Source: Octopus vulgaris
Lineage: Eukaryota
DNA: 64,000 nt
Reading direction: 5' to 3'
NCBI GenBank assembly: GCA_951406725.2
Contig: OX597835.1
Span: 9,238,001 to 9,302,000, forward strand
How positions within the stretch are numbered: position 1 is the stretch's first letter; each line of letters starts with the position of its first letter. A model generated the notes under the pieces. It was not told the origin of the DNA, did no database searches, and was given only the letters and a program-made list of their open reading frames with translations. Shown in pieces: positions 61,285 through 64,000 of the stretch. The position numbers and the translations under genes are program-made.

Positions 61285-61331
<47 letters not shown>

Positions 61332-61849
61332 GCATACCTTCGTATTTATTACTAATTCTCGACTGTTCCCTGATTTCATATTCCTTTACTAATAGCATGG
61401 TTTACATTTATATTGGACCAATTAAGCTCCTTAATTTATCGAAATCTATCTAAATGCTGTCACCAGTTTTATATATTTGTGAGTAGCAGTGATTTAATTA
61501 TGCTTTATTGTAGACAATAAATTATGATACCGACATACTCTGTTTTAGAATCATTGGTGCCATATTTCGAATGTTTGACGTTAATGTTTGCTTTCTTCAA
61601 ACAGTGTCGTGAAAGAGACTGCTCCCGTGTGCAGTATCCGTATTGCCTTGTATAAAACGATTAAAACACAAACTTAAAAAGTCTTTAGAAATTAAATCTA
61701 GAAACAACATTAATAGTTGTTGAGTTTGGAGTTCCCATGACTTCTGTTGAGTTTGAAGTTCCCATGACTTCTGCAGGATTTTTCAAGACTGGGGACGTCG
61801 GTGCCGGTACTTTTCAGATTAAAATATTACAAGTTAACATTTACAAGGA

Positions 61850-62728
61850 AGAGATAACCAGGAAAATATTGGAGAAGGCAAATGTTTTTGAGATTCACGG
61901 CTGCCAAGAGAGGTTATTTCCAGCCCTGAGGGAAGATAAAAAGACGACTGGTTCTGGTTTGTCTGAGCACAAAACCAACCAGGACAAAACAAAAACAGTG
62001 TTCCTCTACAATAGACTATATGATATCATTGCCAACCAACCAGATGCTATCTGGTGTGTCCATCTACTCGGTATGCTGCGAGTTTATCTCTGCTCTGCAA
62101 TGCAATTATGGCAGACCAAATATATGTATACACTCCACTATGATTGATTAAAGCATCCAAACAATATTTTACACAGAAAATACAAATTTTACAATGTGTT
62201 GTCAAGATTTATACCATTATATGAGCAATCACGATGAACATTGTTTCTCCAGTAGTTTTTTCTGCTATAGTTAAATATTTTTATACTTACTTCTGTGTAA
62301 TTTTGCTTAGCTTAATATAAAGAACGTAATATTTACGCAAGCAATGTACCTATTAAATATTCCATCCCCATTGTGTATACTTTACTATCGATGCCTGTAA
62401 AGTTTTTCTTTCCGCGTCTTGACTTCACAGTTTTATTTAATACAGAAGTCCATATTTTCCTTATTCGGGTGTAATATACACGTGTTTCGTCACAGGTGCC
62501 ATTGTACGATATGTTTTCATCTACTCCTAGATACCATTCGTCATCAAATATTGGGGAAACAGTCAATGTGTTGCTGCTTTAGTTTACAATTTTCCCTCTT
62601 CCATATCGGAAGATTTATCCAGACCAAACTCCAACTCTATATCCTTTGGGAATATTGAAGCCAAGTCAAGACACTTGTACATCACATACATATTCTTGGC
62701 ATACAGTTTCAAGTCATCCACGAAGAAA
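61850..62728 (-). mobile_element. Decayed R4/Dong-type LINE reverse transcriptase fragment
   Basis: FFVDDLKLYA (~62698-62727), FPKDIELEFGLDK (~62615-62653) and YLGVDENISY...YYTRIRKIWTSVLN. The left boundary is approximate. Confidence 0.8.
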
Positions 62729-62841
62729 TACATCATGCATGTATGTTCTTATGTATGTATGAATGTATGAATATATGTATGCATGTAAGTATATACATGT
62801 ATGTATGTATGTATGTATACTTACTTACTTTTACTTACTAT

Positions 62842-63223
62842 TACTTGTTTCAGTCATTTGACTGCGGCCATGCTGGAGCACCGCCTTTAAACGAGCAACT
62901 CAACCCTGGGACTTATTCTTTGTAAGCCCAGTACTTATTTTATCGGTCTCTTTTGCCGAACCGCTAAGTGACGGGGACATAAACACACCAGCATCGGTTG
63001 TCAAGCAATGCTAGGGAGACAAACAGAGACACACAAACATATGCACACACATACATATATACGACGGGCATCTTTCAGTTTCCGTCTACCAAATCCACTC
63101 ACAAGGCTTTGGTCGACCCGAGGCTATAGTAGAAGACACTTGCCCAAGGTGCCACGCAATGGGAATGAACCCGGAACCATGTGGTTCGTTAGCAAGCTAC
63201 TTACCACACAGCCACTCCTACGC
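62842..63223 (-). mobile_element. SINE family C, full length
   Basis: Reverse complement of 42336-42735. Confidence 0.9.
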
Positions 63224-63479
63224 CACACATGTATGTATGTATGTATGTATGTATGTATGTATGTATGTATGTATGTGTGTATAAAGCTAGAGAATTAGAG
63301 AGAGAGAGAAGTGAAAACGTTGAGAGTGAAGGCGACTCACACAAACAGATGCTGAAATGAAACAAATAGAGAAACAAACATTCTAGATGGTAAATATTTA
63401 AATAATAAGATATTAAGCTTGCTAATAGAAAGCTACGTAGATATGTAAGTAGCTAACTTGGTAGGTATGTAGACGGTTG

Positions 63480-63760
<281 letters not shown>

Positions 63761-64000
63761 ACAAGCATACATGTTAGTAGAGAAATAAATTCATAAAGGG
63801 AACAGTACTGTGTGTATAAATAAGATGAAAGATATTTTCAATATCAGGAAAAATAAGTGTAATATTTTAAGTGAATTAAATATTCCACAATATCCCATTG
63901 TATATAATCCCGAAGGCCATATCATTGTGCCAGTATTAATATTTTGTACGAAGGGGCGGTAAGTAGGAAGTGGGAAATCTTTAATATTGGCAGTAAATAT

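Noticed and set aside
61718-61772. 27 bp tandem duplication; similar small ones at ~26450 and ~28365
   Set aside because: These are ordinary slippage duplications with no further structure.

Overview
This is AT-rich, microsatellite-dense animal genomic DNA. The SINE families and repeat landscape suggest a cephalopod, probably Octopus (inference). It holds one convincing protein-coding gene: an intronless class A neuropeptide GPCR (30333-31544, minus strand) that closely resembles short neuropeptide F / PrRP-type receptors. Most of the remainder is repeat-derived: several tRNA-derived SINE families (three copies with clear target-site duplications), decayed Penelope-like, RTE and R4/Dong retroelements, a full-length decayed mariner, a Tc1 fragment and a small MITE. 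The most interesting signal is non-coding. Several short, sequence-unrelated hairpin or palindromic elements sit in or beside microsatellites and carry minimal hammerhead ribozyme motifs. One core is essentially intact (61157-61237); degenerate cores lie at about 21.2, 22.2/22.55 and 44.36 kb. Together with the Penelope RT remnant, they suggest several families of non-autonomous, ribozyme-bearing Penelope-derived (retrozyme-like) elements. Almost all other ORFs in the track are microsatellite artefacts. Repeat boundaries were read by eye and are approximate unless a TSD or TIR is cited.
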